64,000 bases of DNA from Squalus acanthias (GCA_030390025.1 CM059431.1:131752001-131816000); one strand, 5' to 3'; positions 13,287 to 26,298 are shown, counted from the stretch's first letter. A program made the numbers and translations. Notes: generated from the letters alone by a model not told the origin.

Positions 13287-14200
13287 GGGCTGAAATTCCT
13301 TGGGAGTTCTGCTGATCTCCTGCCGCAACTCTGGTGGGAGACTGGTGGAACCCCCGAGGAGAACACTGTTGTGCCAGGTCTCCGCCATTTCCGACTTGCA
13401 AATGTCATCATGAGGACGGATCCAGTGGTGGGGACTCCCTACGCTTGGAGATACTCATCCTTGGGCTGAGTCGGGATGTGGAGGCCGAGGGAAGTAAGGT
13501 GTGCTGGCTGCCCGAAAGGTGGCTGTCCCCACCCAGGAAATTGGCTTGGACAGCAAATAAAAGGATTCTTTCAGTTGATTTTTTTGGTTGTAAAGATCAG
13601 CCCTTTTGCACAGGGGCCATAGAAACCGTGGCTGGGGACCAGGGGAGGGGGGCCTGGGCAATTTCCCACAACCCCGTGGCATGCAGGTGTCTGAGTTTCC
13701 AGCCACTTTGAGAAGGTGGACACCAGAGATGTGCCCAATGTGGTGCTTGTGCCAGCCTGTCCCATGCCAATGCGTACCCTTCCATTGACCCACTCAAATT
13801 CCAGCACTGGTGCCCATGCCTCTGCAAAGCATGCTGCACTGCTGCAATACAAATGTGGTGGTACTATTACATGCAAACCTCATAAGCAAGGACTATCAAG
13901 TCATTTTAGAGTGTTCCAAACAGCCTGTTGAATAAGGGGGCTTCTGTGGCGCGTCCACAGCTTAACTACAGCAGTCATCTTGTCTGGATTTATGATGTTG
14001 GGGAATCAATTTGAGACAGCTGTAATTCAACAACCTCATCGCTGCCCAGCTCTTTAGTTCCACACATATTTCTGAGGGAATGCCCAACAGGGGAAGGACA
14101 GGACCTGGCATGGACGATGGAGATGTCTTTCAAGGCATTGTCACTTCTGGACCACCCAGCCATCTGGCTCAAATAATGCAAAATTGACATAATTGATATG
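13287..14200. mobile_element. old Harbinger-like remnant (right end not found)
   Basis: Left end GGGCTGAAATTCCTTGGGAGTTCTGCTGATC resembles the end of the MITE at 19819. The interior is degenerate and the right boundary is approximate. Confidence 0.4.
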
Positions 14201-14832
14201 AACAGCAACCAATCAAAAGAACCAAGGCATTTATAGAAAAAAGATAAATTTAAACTATTATCAGTTTGTTAATTTTAATTCAGAGAGACACCTAGAGATT
14301 TTGGGCTCGATTTTGCCAGGCCTGAGGAGGCGGAATTTGAGGCGTGTGAGGTGTTAAAGTCGCAAAAAATGGCGGGCGGCTCCGATTCCGCCTCCAGCCC
14401 ACCTCCGAGTAATTTTCCCAAAATCGGGGTTTCAGACCCCGTTTCCATCCCGCCTCCAAGAGGCGGGATAGGCCCTTAAGGCCATTAACAACCAGTTAAG
14501 TGCCTCTATAATCCTATTTTGAGAGGCCTTTCTGATTTTAACACATTTCCCCCGTCCTGCACGTCTCCTCTGGAACACGCCAGTTAATCCTGGCGGCCTC
14601 ACAAGTGGATTGCTTACTAACAGCTGCAGCTCCACCATTAAAAAGGAGTTTTCACCAATGATTATTTGCAGGTGGCAGAACTTTATTGTCTCAGGTCTGG
14701 GGGAACTTTTAGCAGGCATACTCATTGTTGTGGAAGTTTGGAGCCTGACACCCATTGCCAGTGTGACCTCCTGGGAAACCCCTCTCCCCACCTTGACTGA
14801 GAGCTTCCTCAACTGAGGCATATACCAAAAGC

Positions 14833-15059
14833 ATGAGAACCATTTTTTTCCTTTCCTCCTGGACATCAGATTCGGATGAAGACCAGCCGTGGCAGCAGCA
14901 GAACCATGAACAACAGCAGCACCAACAGCAGCAGCAACAACAGGAGCGCCAAGCTGCTGCTCACCCACCTGAAGCTGCACAGGCCAGAAGGCGCCAGCGC
15001 GTGACCACATTGCTGCCCGGGATGCAAGGGATGCACTCATGTTGGCCAGATTTGCTTAG
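14833..15059 (+). pseudogene. Harbinger transposase reduced to its N-terminal and C-terminal ends
   Basis: MRTIFFLSSWTSDSDEDQPWQQQ... is joined out of frame to DHIAARDARDALMLARFA*, homologous to HIAAQEARDGLTMARF in family A. No DDE core. Confidence 0.55.
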
Positions 15060-15319
15060 CCTGCACAATTAAAGACTTTTGCCTCGCACCTTCTTACCAG
15101 AGCATCGACAATGGACAAGAAGCTGCGGATTCCTATCACTCTGACCACCATACTGACAATTGCAAGTCGCTCTAAGCCCTCAATGTGGAAGTCCCATTTG
15201 CTAGATGACACAGGCCACAACTGCAACAGTTTGCCATCAAATCTGTTTATCATAACATTACAAGGATGGCTTGTCAAAAAACAATACAACAGAACACCCA
15301 AGTGACTACCCTTGTGACT

Positions 15320-18300
15320 ACTGTGCTTTATCTTCCTCTTACGCGTGCTCCTACGTGGTGCTTCCCCTGTGGCTTCCGCAGATGTGGAGGCCCCTTGCTC
15401 ACTTTCTTGCTGCTCCTGTCTCGACACCTTTGGTGGGCGTCCTCTGGGCTTGCGAGCCTGTGAGGGCTCGGCAACAGTCTGCTCCTCCTGCAGCTGTGCA
15501 GGGGCTGAGACGCCCATCTCAGTTGGGTGAGGACTCTGGTGGGGCTCTGACCGAGGGCTTTGCAGTGGCATGGTCATGTGAGCGCTTGGAGAGGAGCCCC
15601 CACTTCCTTGTTGTCTGCCACCAACATCCCTCTCATGGGTCAGCCCCACTTCAGAGCTAGCAAGTGGCTTGACAGCACCTTGCTGCACTTTGGGGGGGCC
15701 ATGAGGACCCGTTTCTGCACTGGAAGTCCTACTCCAGGGAACTTCCATGAAGGTCTGGTTTCTATGCTCAATAGCTGACCATCGCTCCTCAAGAGATGTC
15801 AGTCTATTCTGAACAATCACCATGTTTTCAACACTCTGGCGACTTAGCTCCTCCATGGCCATAGCCATCCTCTCCTCTACCATAGCCATCCTTTCCACGG
15901 AGGTTGCCATCCTTTCCGTGGTGATGCGTTCATGCGCCAATGCCTCCACAAAGGCTCTGCTCATGTTCGCGATGGACTCCTCCATTCGCTCCACACTCAC
16001 AGTGACCCTGGAGACAAAACCTGCCAGAGACTCCTGCACCTGTTCCTGGAGTTCCAGCACCGCTCTCCTTCTGGATGGACCTGGAGGCACAGGGTCAACA
16101 TGCAGCTGAGCCGAGCTGGCAGAGTCCTGCGCCCTCCGATGAGGACTCTCCACTGCTGTCCCTGTCTCCATCTGCTGATGCTCACTTGTGAGCTGTGATA
16201 CACCAGGTGACAACACTGCTGTATCTCGCGAAGGTCCCACTGAAGTGTGAGTGTCTGCGCTGGTGCTGGGTGCACTGAATTCTGCTGACGCTGCGTCCTC
16301 AGAGGTTGCAGCTTCCTCTGAGGAGTCTTGAGGCTCAGGCTGTTCCTCCTGGACACATAGAGATTGAGTTGACCTCCTGGGCCACTTGCATCCACACAGC
16401 TTTTGTCTGCTGGGGAGGCTTTTTCCTCCCTTAGAAATCAGCAAAGGGGGACCAAGAAATTGATAAAGAAAGGGAAAATGGAATATGAGCACAAACTAGC
16501 GAAAAATATAAAAACATATTGTAAAAACTTCTATAGGTATGTGAAAGGGAAAAGACTGGCAAAGGTAAAGGTAGGTCCTTTACAGTCAGAGACGGGAGAA
16601 TTTATAATGGGGAATGAGGAAATGGCAGAGAAATTAAATAAATACTTTGTTTCTGTTTTCATGGAGGAAGACACAAAAAACCTCCCAGAAATACGAGAAA
16701 ACCAACGGTGTGGCGAGAATGACGAACTTAAAGAAATTACTATTAGTAAAAAAACAGTACTCGCAAAATTAATGAGTCCAAAAGTTGATAAATCTCAAGG
16801 ACTGGATGACCTCCATCCTCGGGTTTTGAAAGAGGTGGCCATTGGGATAATGGATGCATTGGTTGTCATCTTCCAAAATTCGATAGATTCTGGAATGATT
16901 CCTGCAGATTGGAGGATAGCAAATGTAACCCCGCTATTTAAGAAAGGAGGGAGAGAGAAAACGGGGAACTATAGACCTGTTAGCCTCACATCAGTAGTTG
17001 GGAAAATGCTGGAATCTATTATAAAGGATGCAATAACTGGGCACTTACAAACTAATAGTAAAATAGGGCAGAGTCAACATGGATTTATGAAAGGGAAGTC
17101 CTGTTTGACAAATATATTGGAGTTCTTTGAGGATGTAACTAGTGGAGTAGACAAAGGGGAACCGGTAGATGTGGTGTATTTGGATTTTCAGAAGGCCTTC
17201 GATAAGGTCCCACACAAGAGGTTGGTGAACAAAATTAGGGCACATGGAATTGGGGGTAATATACTAGCATGGATTGAGAACTGGTTCACAGACAGAAAAC
17301 AAAGAGTCGGGATAAACGGGTCTTTTTCAGGATGGCAGGCTGTGACTAGTGGGGTACCGCAAGGATCGGTGCTTGGGCCCCAGCTATTCACAATCTATAT
17401 CAATGATTTGGATGAGGGGACTAAATGTAACATTTCCAAATTTGCTGATGACACAAAGCTAGGTGGCAGTGTCATTTGCGAAGAGGATGTGAAGAGGCTT
17501 CAAGGGGATCTCGACAGGCTCAGTGAGTAGGCGAGAACATGGCAGATAGATTATAATGTGGATAAATGTGAAGTTATCCACTTTGGATCGAAAAAACAGA
17601 AAGGCAGAGTATTTCCTAAATGGTGAAAGATTGGGGAATGCAGATGCTCAAAGGGACCTGGGTGTCCTTGTACATGAGTCACTGAAAGTGAATGTGCAGG
17701 TGCAGCAAGCCATTAGGAAGGCAAATGGTATGCTGGTCTTCATTGCAAGACCATTTGAGTACAGGAGTAAAGAAGTCTTACTCCAATTATATAGGGCCTT
17801 GGTGAGACCACACCTGGAGTACTGTATACAATTTTGGTCTCCTTCCCTAAGGAAGGATATACTTGCCATAGAGGGAGTGCAACGAAGGTTCACGAGATTG
17901 ATTCCTGGGATGGTGGGACTGTCGTATGAGAAGAGATTGAGTAAACTAGGCCTGTATTCTCTTGAATTCAGAAGAATGAGAGGGGATCTCATTGAAGCAT
18001 AAAAAATTATTACAGGGTTTGATAGGGTGGATGCTGGGAGAATGTTTCCCTTGGCTGGGGAGTCTAGAACCAGGGGCCACAGCCTCAGGATAAAGGCTAG
18101 ACCATTCAGGACTGAGATGAGAAGAAATTTCTTCACACAGAGGGTGGTGAATCTTTGGAATTCTCCACCCCAGAGGGCTGTGGAGGCTCAGTCATTGGGT
18201 ATATTCAAAACAGAAATCGATAGATTTCTGACTAGTAAGGGTATCAAGGGATATGGCGATAAGACTAGTGAGTGGAATTGAGGCAGAAGATCAGCCATGA

Positions 18301-18480
18301 TCTCATTGAATGACGGAGCAGGCTCGAAGGGCCGAATGGCCTACTCCTGCTCCTATTTCTTATGTTCTTATGTTCTTAGGAAGGGAAGAGCACCTCCTTA
18401 TTTGATCTTGCTCCCTCCGCCAGAGCTTGGAGGGAGGCCTCATCCAACCTTCGAGCACATTTTGGCCTACTGTTGGACAT
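15320..18480 (-). pseudogene. Harbinger Myb/SANT-like protein gene, split by CR1 and internally deleted
   Basis: ATG at 18480: MSNSRPKCARRLDEASLQALAEGARSNKEVLFPS | CR1 | [27 protein letters not shown], then a jump to a stop-free last exon of about 340 codons (VQEEQPE...RRSTRKRKIKH). Confidence 0.8.
16431..18378 (+). mobile_element. 5'-truncated CR1 LINE, RT region, fairly young
   Basis: ORF 16403-17530 with [36 protein letters not shown]; in-frame stop at 17528 and a frameshift; (TTCTTATG)n tail; TTAG at both junctions. Confidence 0.95.
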
Positions 18481-18573
18481 AGTTGCTGAATGAAGCGATC
18501 ACAACAATGGGCATAAAGTTTAAAGTCTCCAAAAGAAGCAAGGCTGCTTGCAGGCCTTAAATCCAGCAGCATT

Positions 18574-18585
18574 GATGACGTCATC
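18574..18585. promoter_or_regulatory. CRE palindrome in the putative promoter of the Harbinger Myb gene
   Basis: GATGACGTCATC about 95 bp upstream of the minus-strand ATG; decayed versions at equivalent positions near 5826, 48118 and 57975. Confidence 0.45.
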
Positions 18586-18780
18586 GGAGGCGACTTTCTG
18601 TATGAAAAGACTCATTGGGCCAGGGGTTTCCACACGCTGGAATTCAAGTGCACAATTAGGGCAAAATCGCACTTTTTTCCACTTCACATCGGAGTCGGGG
18701 TCTGACACGAAAACCACCTGACACGCCCCAGCCCGCCCCCAGTGGCAAAATCGAGCCCAAACAAATGGGTTAATAGTAGT

Positions 18781-19011
18781 ACGATAGCAAAATACTGCGG
18801 ATGCTGGAAATCTGAAATAACAACAGAAAACGCTGGAAAAACTCAGCAGGCCAGGCAGCATCCGTGGAGAGAGAAACAGAGTTAACGTTTCAGGTCGAAG
18901 ACCCTTCGTCTGAACTGGAAAAAAGCTGGAAATGAAACAGATTTAAAGCAAGTATAATGCTGGGAAAAGGGGGAGGGGATGAAAGAACAAAAGGGAGGGT
19001 CAGTGGTAGTG
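18781..19011 (-). mobile_element. Penelope-like element 3' end (family P1)
   Basis: Same sequence as the 3' UTR of the GIY-YIG-bearing copy at 53227-53785; flanked by an ATAGTAGT direct repeat. Confidence 0.75.
18880..18916 (-). ncRNA. minimal hammerhead ribozyme motif (core U4>A)
   Basis: AGUU CAGACGA AGGGUC UUC GACCU GAAAC GUU AACU. Confidence 0.65.
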
Positions 19012-19818
19012 ATAGTAGTTGTGCTTTCCTTGTTCTACAAAGAGTCCCTTTGTTTTTCTAAATTATTTGCAAACATGTTGGGGAATTAATTTTTTTGAGG
19101 TAAATTTAAATTAGTAATAACAGCTTAATTTTACTCCAGAGAGACATCCAGACAGAGATAGACAAACAGATTATCAGTAACCCTGTTTTCTATTATAAAT
19201 AGTTGGAAATCCCCATGAAATTTTATTTGAAAGATAAGTATTCTTGTGAAATATGTTTTTCTTAATATTATGTTACAAATCCCATTTCGGCCCTTCGTGA
19301 GAGAAAAATATCAAACAAAACATTTTCAAAAAATATCTCGAGCAATTCATGAATTTGCCTTTTTTCCTTCCTTTCCATTGGTAGCTGTTTCTCATTGCCA
19401 GTTTTTAATTTATATTTTTTGATCTTCACGATTGGTGGTTTCCTTTACTGTGTGCTGCTTGTCGGTTGGTATGGTACACAGCTGTTCAGTGTGATTTGCT
19501 GCAGTTTTATGAATATGAAATTTGAGCCAATTAGAAAAAAGTGGGACACAGATAGATAATATTGCATCTGAAGTGTGATGGACAGGACTCGTCTAATGGA
19601 CGGAAAATGTGTGCAGTCATTCAGTTTTTATAAGATTATATGGATGTATATTCCAAAAAAAGCTAGGCAGGAATACTGAACGCATACAGGGTGTAAAGAA
19701 ACCAGAACCTGGAGGTGAATATAATTTTAGCTTTTCTACACTTGAGATGACATCACTAGACCTGAGCCACAATGGAGCTTTACTGGGGGCTGACTTACAA
19801 GAAACATGAAGAAACTAT

Positions 19819-20131
19819 TGTCAGGAATTTCCTTGGAGTTCTCCTGATTGGCCACCATAAATTCGGCAGAAGATGGGCGGCAACCTCGAATAATCCACAT
19901 AAACAAAGTTTCTGCTGAACTTCCACCGAAGCAACAGCGGGAGGACCCCTGAGGAACTTTGTGATGAGAGTCTTCAAAGAATTGCAAGAAACAAGATTTT
20001 GGTTGAAAGATATGGGCCGAGAATTTTTTTGGAGCTGCCCCCACTCGACTGTAGCTTCACTGGAAGTGCGGCAAAAACCCTGGCGAAGTTACAGTGGCAA
20101 AGCGGGAGCAGCTCTAAGGAAATTTCTGGCC
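19819..20131. mobile_element. old Harbinger-type MITE
   Basis: Ends TGTCAGGAATTTCCTTGGAG / CTCTAAGGAAATTTCTGGCC; right end homologous to 33065-33127. Confidence 0.5.
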
Positions 20132-20989
20132 ATGGAAATGACAATGTAGTGATTATGCTAACAAACTGGTGTAGGGAGAAGTAGTCATCGGTCACTGCGC
20201 TTAATCTGCACTCAGTTTGGAAAAAAAATTAAATAAACCTCTAGAGAGGTAAAAAGTCATAGAGCTAAAAATAACATCTGATTCTGTAAGAAGATTCTGT
20301 GAAGACAGAACAAGTAATGGGTGGGAAGGGGAGATTGGTGAGAAAGCACTTTTCAGTTCCTGCAGAAAATGACATCATACCCTTGGAAATCTGGAAACTA
20401 TTTTGACTGGTTATTTATCATACTTACAATAAAATACATTATTACTGGGCATTAAACTTCTCTGTAATCAACTGCAGATTATTGCCTGATAAACATCCAG
20501 CAATAATGTCACTGGGCATTAGGTGAATGTAATCATGCATTACTGATATGAAGTGCACTGATATGTCCACAGATAGCTGGTGCTGCCACAGAAAATTACT
20601 AACAAGTAAAAAGAAACATACAAATGATTTTTAATATAATGTAAATAAACGTAAGGAGTTGCATTTACAGCTGGAATTTAATGCTAGGGTTCAGAAATTA
20701 GTTGTAAACCACAACATTTTGATCTTATGGCATCACCTCAACCCCTGCTTAGTTTTTAAGTATTAAAACTACACCAAAAATCTTCATAGATTTCACTGAT
20801 CCAAATAAACTCATGAACTAATTTTATATTGACAGATGTCAGTGTTTTTTTAAAGTATATTCATTTTAATATTCAATGGCTAACCACTGATTTTCCTCAG
20901 TGTAAATAGTCTACAGCAGAGTTCTATATGTATTTGCATTAATTAAACTATATCAGTGTCTTAGCTAGCAAGATTGGCAAATTCAGAAT

Positions 20990-21780
20990 TTGCTCCAGTC
21001 AGTAAACTCTGATGACCAGTCACAAGTCTGAAACCCGCTGATCTCAGCAGGGATGATGATAGGGCTACTAGAATTGGTCTAAGTACTTCTGGGCTAGGAA
21101 GGGAAAGATCAGTATGGTTTCCTTCTCCGGATCACAGTGCAGTGACCTCTACTAAAAAGTGTTCATGTTTAGACACCTGATGAAAGAAAGAAGAAAAACT
21201 TGAATTTATACAGCACCCTTTCACGACATCCCAAAGCGCTTTACAGACAATGAGTACTTTTTATAACTTGAAGTATAGTCATGTGTTATAATGTAGAAAA
21301 TGCGTCAGCCAATTTGTGCACAGCAAGGTCCTACAAACAGCAATATGATAATGAGCAGCTAATCTGTTTTAGTGATGTTGGTTGAGGGACAAATATTGAC
21401 CAGGACACCAGGGAGAACTCACCTGCTCATCTTTGAAAAGTGCCATGTGATCTTTTACGTCCACCTGAGAGAGTTTAACGTTTCATCCAAAAGACAGCAG
21501 CTCCAACAGTGCAACAGTCCCACACTTAAGTATCAGCCTAGTTTACATGATCAAGTCTCTGGAGTGGGGCTTGAACCCAGGCCCTTTTGACTCAGAGGGG
21601 AGAGTGCTACCACTGAGCCACAGCTGGTGAGGATAGGCTTGAGGTTGGTGGTGAAAGCCCCACTGTTGAAGAACCTGCTGCCACTCACTCTCAAAGCTCG
21701 TGAAGAATATGCGCCTGGGTAAGGGAAAGAAAGATTGCCAGAACCTATGGAGTTGTACCCCAGCCAGAGACAGTGTCTAC
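20990..21780 (+). mobile_element. old tRNA-derived SINE (unidentified family), split by a DeuSINE
   Basis: Homologous to 62440-62790 (which has B box GGTTCAATCCC) and to 63680-63960 (-). Confidence 0.55.
21184..21623 (-). mobile_element. SacSINE1/AmnSINE1-like DeuSINE
   Basis: Reverse copy of 34345-34800; tRNA head (TGGCTCAGTGG, GGTTCAAGCCC); TSD CTGATGA / CTGGTGA. Confidence 0.8.
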
Positions 21781-22514
21781 AGTAGAAGAGAGGAGAAAAT
21801 TAAGGGGAAAAAGTTATTAAAATTTGTTGACGAATTTTGGAAACTAGCCATTAAAGTTTTGTAGTAGAGAACAGTCAATAGCTTTGTGGCCTCATGTTTA
21901 TACTCAACATTGGAATATTCAAAATTTGTCAATATTTTAGGACAGTAAAAGATATGTCCCATGTGTATCGTCAAGTTCAAACTCGTTGACAAATTGATCT
22001 TATCAATATCATATAAATAGCTCCATTAATTATGTGCCTTCCAATCAGGGCCACATTCATGTAATGGGAATGAAAAATCAGATACTTTTCTTTTTGAACT
22101 TTCCATACAGGGGAAGACTTTGGATGGCACTGTCAGATGTTAAATTAATGTTATATTTGAAGATGCAGTATTTCTGGATGATAAATACCTTTTTCCATTT
22201 CTCTATCTATTTAGATCAAAATACTGTATATAGGCTTTGAAGTTACAATGGTTTGGTAAGGCATAAATCTGGCAGATCTATCTGGGAGAGGTCGGAATCT
22301 GAGGAGGAGAAGGATCTACCACATTTTATGCTGCATTTAAGTTCTACCTTAAATTACGATGGAATTGTAGCCTACTGTAGCCAAGGTGCAACCATCCAAA
22401 TGATGCGTTTGGGCCAGGATGACATCATCAGCTGTAGATGGCATAATTTCCACCAATCTAACTTGCACCACTATAAAGCAGGGGTAATTTAGAATAGAGC
22501 TGAGGAAGTCTATC

Positions 22515-22865
22515 TCTAACTCCCTATCTCTATAATCTCCTCCAGCCCCATAGCCATCTGAGATATCTGCGCTTCTCTAATTCTGGCCTCTTGAGCATCC
22601 CCGATTTTAACGATCCACCATTGCCAGCCATGCCTTCTGTTGCCTGGGCTCTAAGCTCTGGAATTCCTCCCTAAACCTCTCCGCCTCTCTACCTCTCTTT
22701 CCTCCTTTTAGACACTTCTTAAAACCTACCTCTTTGACCAAGCATCTGCCCTAATATCTCCTTATGTGGTTCGGGGTCAAATTTTGTTTTATAACACTCC
22801 TAGGAAGCACTTCGGGATGTTTTACTATGTTAAAGGTGCTATATAAATACAAGTTGTTGTTGTTT
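22515..22865 (+). mobile_element. L2 3' fragment
   Basis: KLWNSL...LKTYLFDQ remnant and tail GCTATATAAATACAAG(TTG)n. Confidence 0.8.
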
Positions 22866-23099
22866 TTGTCTGATGCTGGGATCTTAAAGGTGAATTGAAT
22901 TGCTGTGTTTCTTTCTGTTGTTAGACAGAGACATATCTTTACTTTGGATTAATCTGTTACCAATTTTATTTTGCTCTTCATTTTGGAGGCTCGAACTTCA
23001 TTTGGAAGTTTTCATCGGGGGATTCCCTTTGTGATTTATTTGTCGGAGGAGGAGGAACAGCAGGCAACCCAGGAAGCCAAGCTCATAAGGCAGGAGATC

Positions 23100-23445
23100 T
23101 AGACCTTCCTACAGATACCTAAACACCAGGGTGTATATCCCAAGAGATCATTTTTCAAAATATCCATGGGGCTATGTGTCAGGAGTCCTTTGTGTTCTGT
23201 AAACATGTGCAGAAGTGCCTGGAACGGCCATTTACTTCAGGTAGCTCTGCATTGTAGAGAAAACCTCTCTGATAGTGCTGCTAAGGGTGGCATTGGACTC
23301 TTCTGCCACCCTGCCATGTGCTACATATCTTCACAGAATTTTTGTGGTGCCTTCATATGGTTCTGCTGCCCCGCAAGCATTCTTCTTTTTATGGCAGGAT
23401 GCTCAAGATCATCAGCTGAATGCTAAATAGCCAGGATCTGACATC
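23100..23445 (+). pseudogene. highly degenerate Harbinger/HARBI1-like transposase remnant
   Basis: RYLNTRVYIPR/RSFFKISMGLCVRS resembles the RVYRPRxSFLxMSEEQCxRRL N-terminal motif; LNAK*PGS resembles VNARYPGS. Confidence 0.4.
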
Positions 23446-24399
23446 TCCTAAGACTCTGCTCAGGTACATCAAGCACCACTTCCAATACCTCATCCTCTGG
23501 CTTCCTTGTGAGTTGTGAATCACCATATGTCAATTCCACATCTAGATTATCTGCATGGTCCTAAATTAAACTATCAGGGCTGGTGAGTATGAGTGATAGG
23601 GTTCATGACAGAGTGGGCTGAATTCTGCTGGCAGTGCCAGATGTTTAAAGTTCTGGCATTGGTTCTCTCTTTCTTATCTGCAGCATCTGTTGTGCGTCCA
23701 GCTTCTGAGGAGATAAGAAGAATAAGAAATGTAATTAGTTTTCTGTTGTCCACTTTTCCCTTCCTGTTCGTAGGCTCCTGTAAGGATCTTCTTAGAGTAT
23801 GAGCCTCAAAAAGAGAAACTATTTCTGATCTTTGACCTTTAACATTTAGTCAGCACAAGCCATCTGCAGGTGCAGGCTCTCCCACATCTCCATCCCCTAC
23901 AGCATTAGCTGAGTGAATTCCAAAGATTTGTATTACCTTCTCCTCTTGCTGTTCATTCTCCTGTAGCCTGTCCTTCTCAGGAATTGTGCACAGTCTTTTC
24001 CTGCAAGACAAAAGAATACAGTGCACCAATTGCTAGATGGGACCTGAGCCTGTATCGCACCCAGAAACATTTTACTGAGCTGCCCCTGTGATTTCTGGCA
24101 GGGTCAGCACTGGGCTCATTGAGTGGATAAAACCCCACCTCACAACACTTCAGATGGAGATTCTTGGGGGAGGGGCAGTTAAAGATTTTGATTACAGCAC
24201 TCACCTGTAGTTATTAAACCTGCCTCTAGAACCCCTATTGGCGGGGATACGGGGGCAGGCCGCAGCACCATGTTCTTCAGGGGCTCTGCCCTGGGAAACC
24301 CAGGGCGATGAATGCACCAGAGAATGAGGGACGAAACCAGGATTGCCCCGCCCACCTCATCTATATTGCTGCATTCAGCCTCTTCCCTTCCTCCATGAA

Positions 24400-25413
24400 A
24401 GCCCTGGAAATTCCAGGGTAGGAACTGTTGAAATGGGTCTCTGCCCCTTTTTCCTGACCCTTTCGCACAGGGAACTCAGCGCTCCCTAGAGGCGAGGATC
24501 CATAAAACCAATGGCGCTCGCCGTTCACCACGCTGACAACTGCCCACAAAGATTTGACCAGCTTTAGAGCGGAGACTTCCTGTCATCAGGTGCCTTTTCC
24601 AGTGCGGCGCCCTCCACAGGGGATCTGTGTCGGCTGTGAGCAGACCAAGAAACAGTGTGGCACTTCAACCAATCAAATTGAAGAATCCTCACTGAGCCAC
24701 GCAGAGTCCAAACCAGGAAGTATAAAGCAGGAAATAAAAATTAGATTTAAATGATATACAAAAAGCGAAATAAAGATTGGGAATTGCAGATGAGATTAAG
24801 GGAGAGAGATAAAAGAGATAGAAAAAGTTAAAAAAAAAGTTATTTTAATTTTATTTTTTTAAATCTCCAACACTAATTTTCTTCTGAGGAAATGTAAAAT
24901 TAATTTTTCAGGGCCAGAGAGGTAGTTCAGCAGTAATTATCACATCACCAATGTTCCCTTTAAGCTGCATGGCCGCGCAGCTCTCGGGACCTCACGCGCA
25001 GTTGGCTCGCTGGCTTTTTAGTGCGAAAATCTGCGCATGCACGGTATTTTGAATGGGCCACGCTGCCCCTTAAAGGGACCGTGCACCCCCAAAAAATACA
25101 GGGAACATTGCTTATCACGCAGTTAAAAACTCACTCCTGAATGCACCAGCCCTAACCTTTTCAGCCATTTTTAGTGCGGAACTAGTGGGTAAGTACCCCA
25201 AGTTCACACCGTTGCAGTCATTTCAATGCCAAGTCTATCAGCGAGGACTGCAACAGCGCACCCTGTGGAGGTGCAGGATATCTCTGACAGCAACTTCTGG
25301 ATTTACGTGTTCAACTGCACATGTGCAGATGCCAGAAGTTGCTGTCCGATTTACCCCATAATAACAGTGAGCGCTGATAACCTCACCGTTATTATTACAG
25401 CAAAATCCGAGCT
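24400..25413. mobile_element. Harbinger-type MITE (same family as 48861-52547)
   Basis: Right end CAGCAAAATCCGAGCT; internal homology to 49030-49260 and 52400-52547. Left boundary approximate. Confidence 0.65.
24949..25110. mobile_element. hAT-like MITE (162 bp) nested in a Harbinger MITE
   Basis: TIR CAATGTTCCCT / AGGGAACATTG; 8-bp flanks CACATCAC / CTTATCAC (6 of 8 match). Confidence 0.7.
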
Positions 25414-26173
25414 ATTGTCTTTAAAATGCAGCACAACCCTGTTGCTGGGTAAAACAGCTTTATATCTCTGATTGAAAAGTTATTTTCTATCATATGGCAC
25501 ACAGACACTGCATCTGATGTATTTCAGTTAAAAATGAGTCATTTCTCTTCCAGTTGATAGGTAGGTAATGTCATCCAGTACTATATGATTGCCCTCAATT
25601 AACCTATGCAAAATAAGAATTAATTACTAGTATAGGTAGATCTTGCCTTTGTCTCCTCTTTCAAATACTTCAGTTTGATTGAATTTTACATGCATTAAAA
25701 ATAGAAATTGCAATAACAGGAATCGCTGGTGATGATGAATCTCATTACCTTATGACAATCGCATTGAGCAGATATGCTTGGAAAGAAGTGCAACATTTAC
25801 TATTTGTTTCCCATGAATTATACTGTTTTATTGCAGTGAATCACCTTCCAGCAATTAGCATTAATCTCACTGCTAAATTTGAGCCATTTGTTTAGCAATA
25901 AGGAAATGGCATTCCCTAGTACACTTAATGTAATATCATAAATCATCTTGATAGCTATTAAAAACATAGCAACATTAAAGCCACCTCAAATAACTTTCCT
26001 TGTAGTACAGTAAGATGTGGTCAACGTCCTTAGGCTCATGTTACCGCCATGAGATTGTTAAAGGGTTTTAACAAATTACACAGCAATACTGTGCTGCTTT
26101 AGGGATCCTGGTGGAATAGGATCTTTGTTACTTTTTGACAGCTTGTAAGAAGACATTTTAACTTGTTGAGTAC

Positions 26174-26298
26174 AAAAGCAAAACACTGCGGATGCTGGTA
26201 ATTTGAAATGAAAACAGAAAATGCTGGAAATACTCAGCAGGTTAGGCAACACCTGTGGAGAGAGAAACAGAGTTACCGTTCCAGGTCGATGATCTTTC
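26174..26298 (-). mobile_element. Penelope-like 3' end (family P1), truncated inside the ribozyme
   Basis: Homologous to 18786-18905; 14-bp TSD AACTTG(T/C)TGAGTAC. Confidence 0.75.

Larger units (their letters stand above)
14303..18758. mobile_element. PIF/Harbinger element (family B), internally deleted, interrupted by CR1
   Basis: Perfect 16-bp TIR GGGCTCGATTTTGCCA / TGGCAAAATCGAGCCC; convergent transposase remnant (+) and Myb-like gene (-). Confidence 0.85.

Noticed and set aside
15056..16492. 478-aa ORF as an intact cellular gene
   Set aside because: Chimeric: the start is antisense CR1, followed by out-of-frame Myb exon 1; only the central part is the transposon's last exon.
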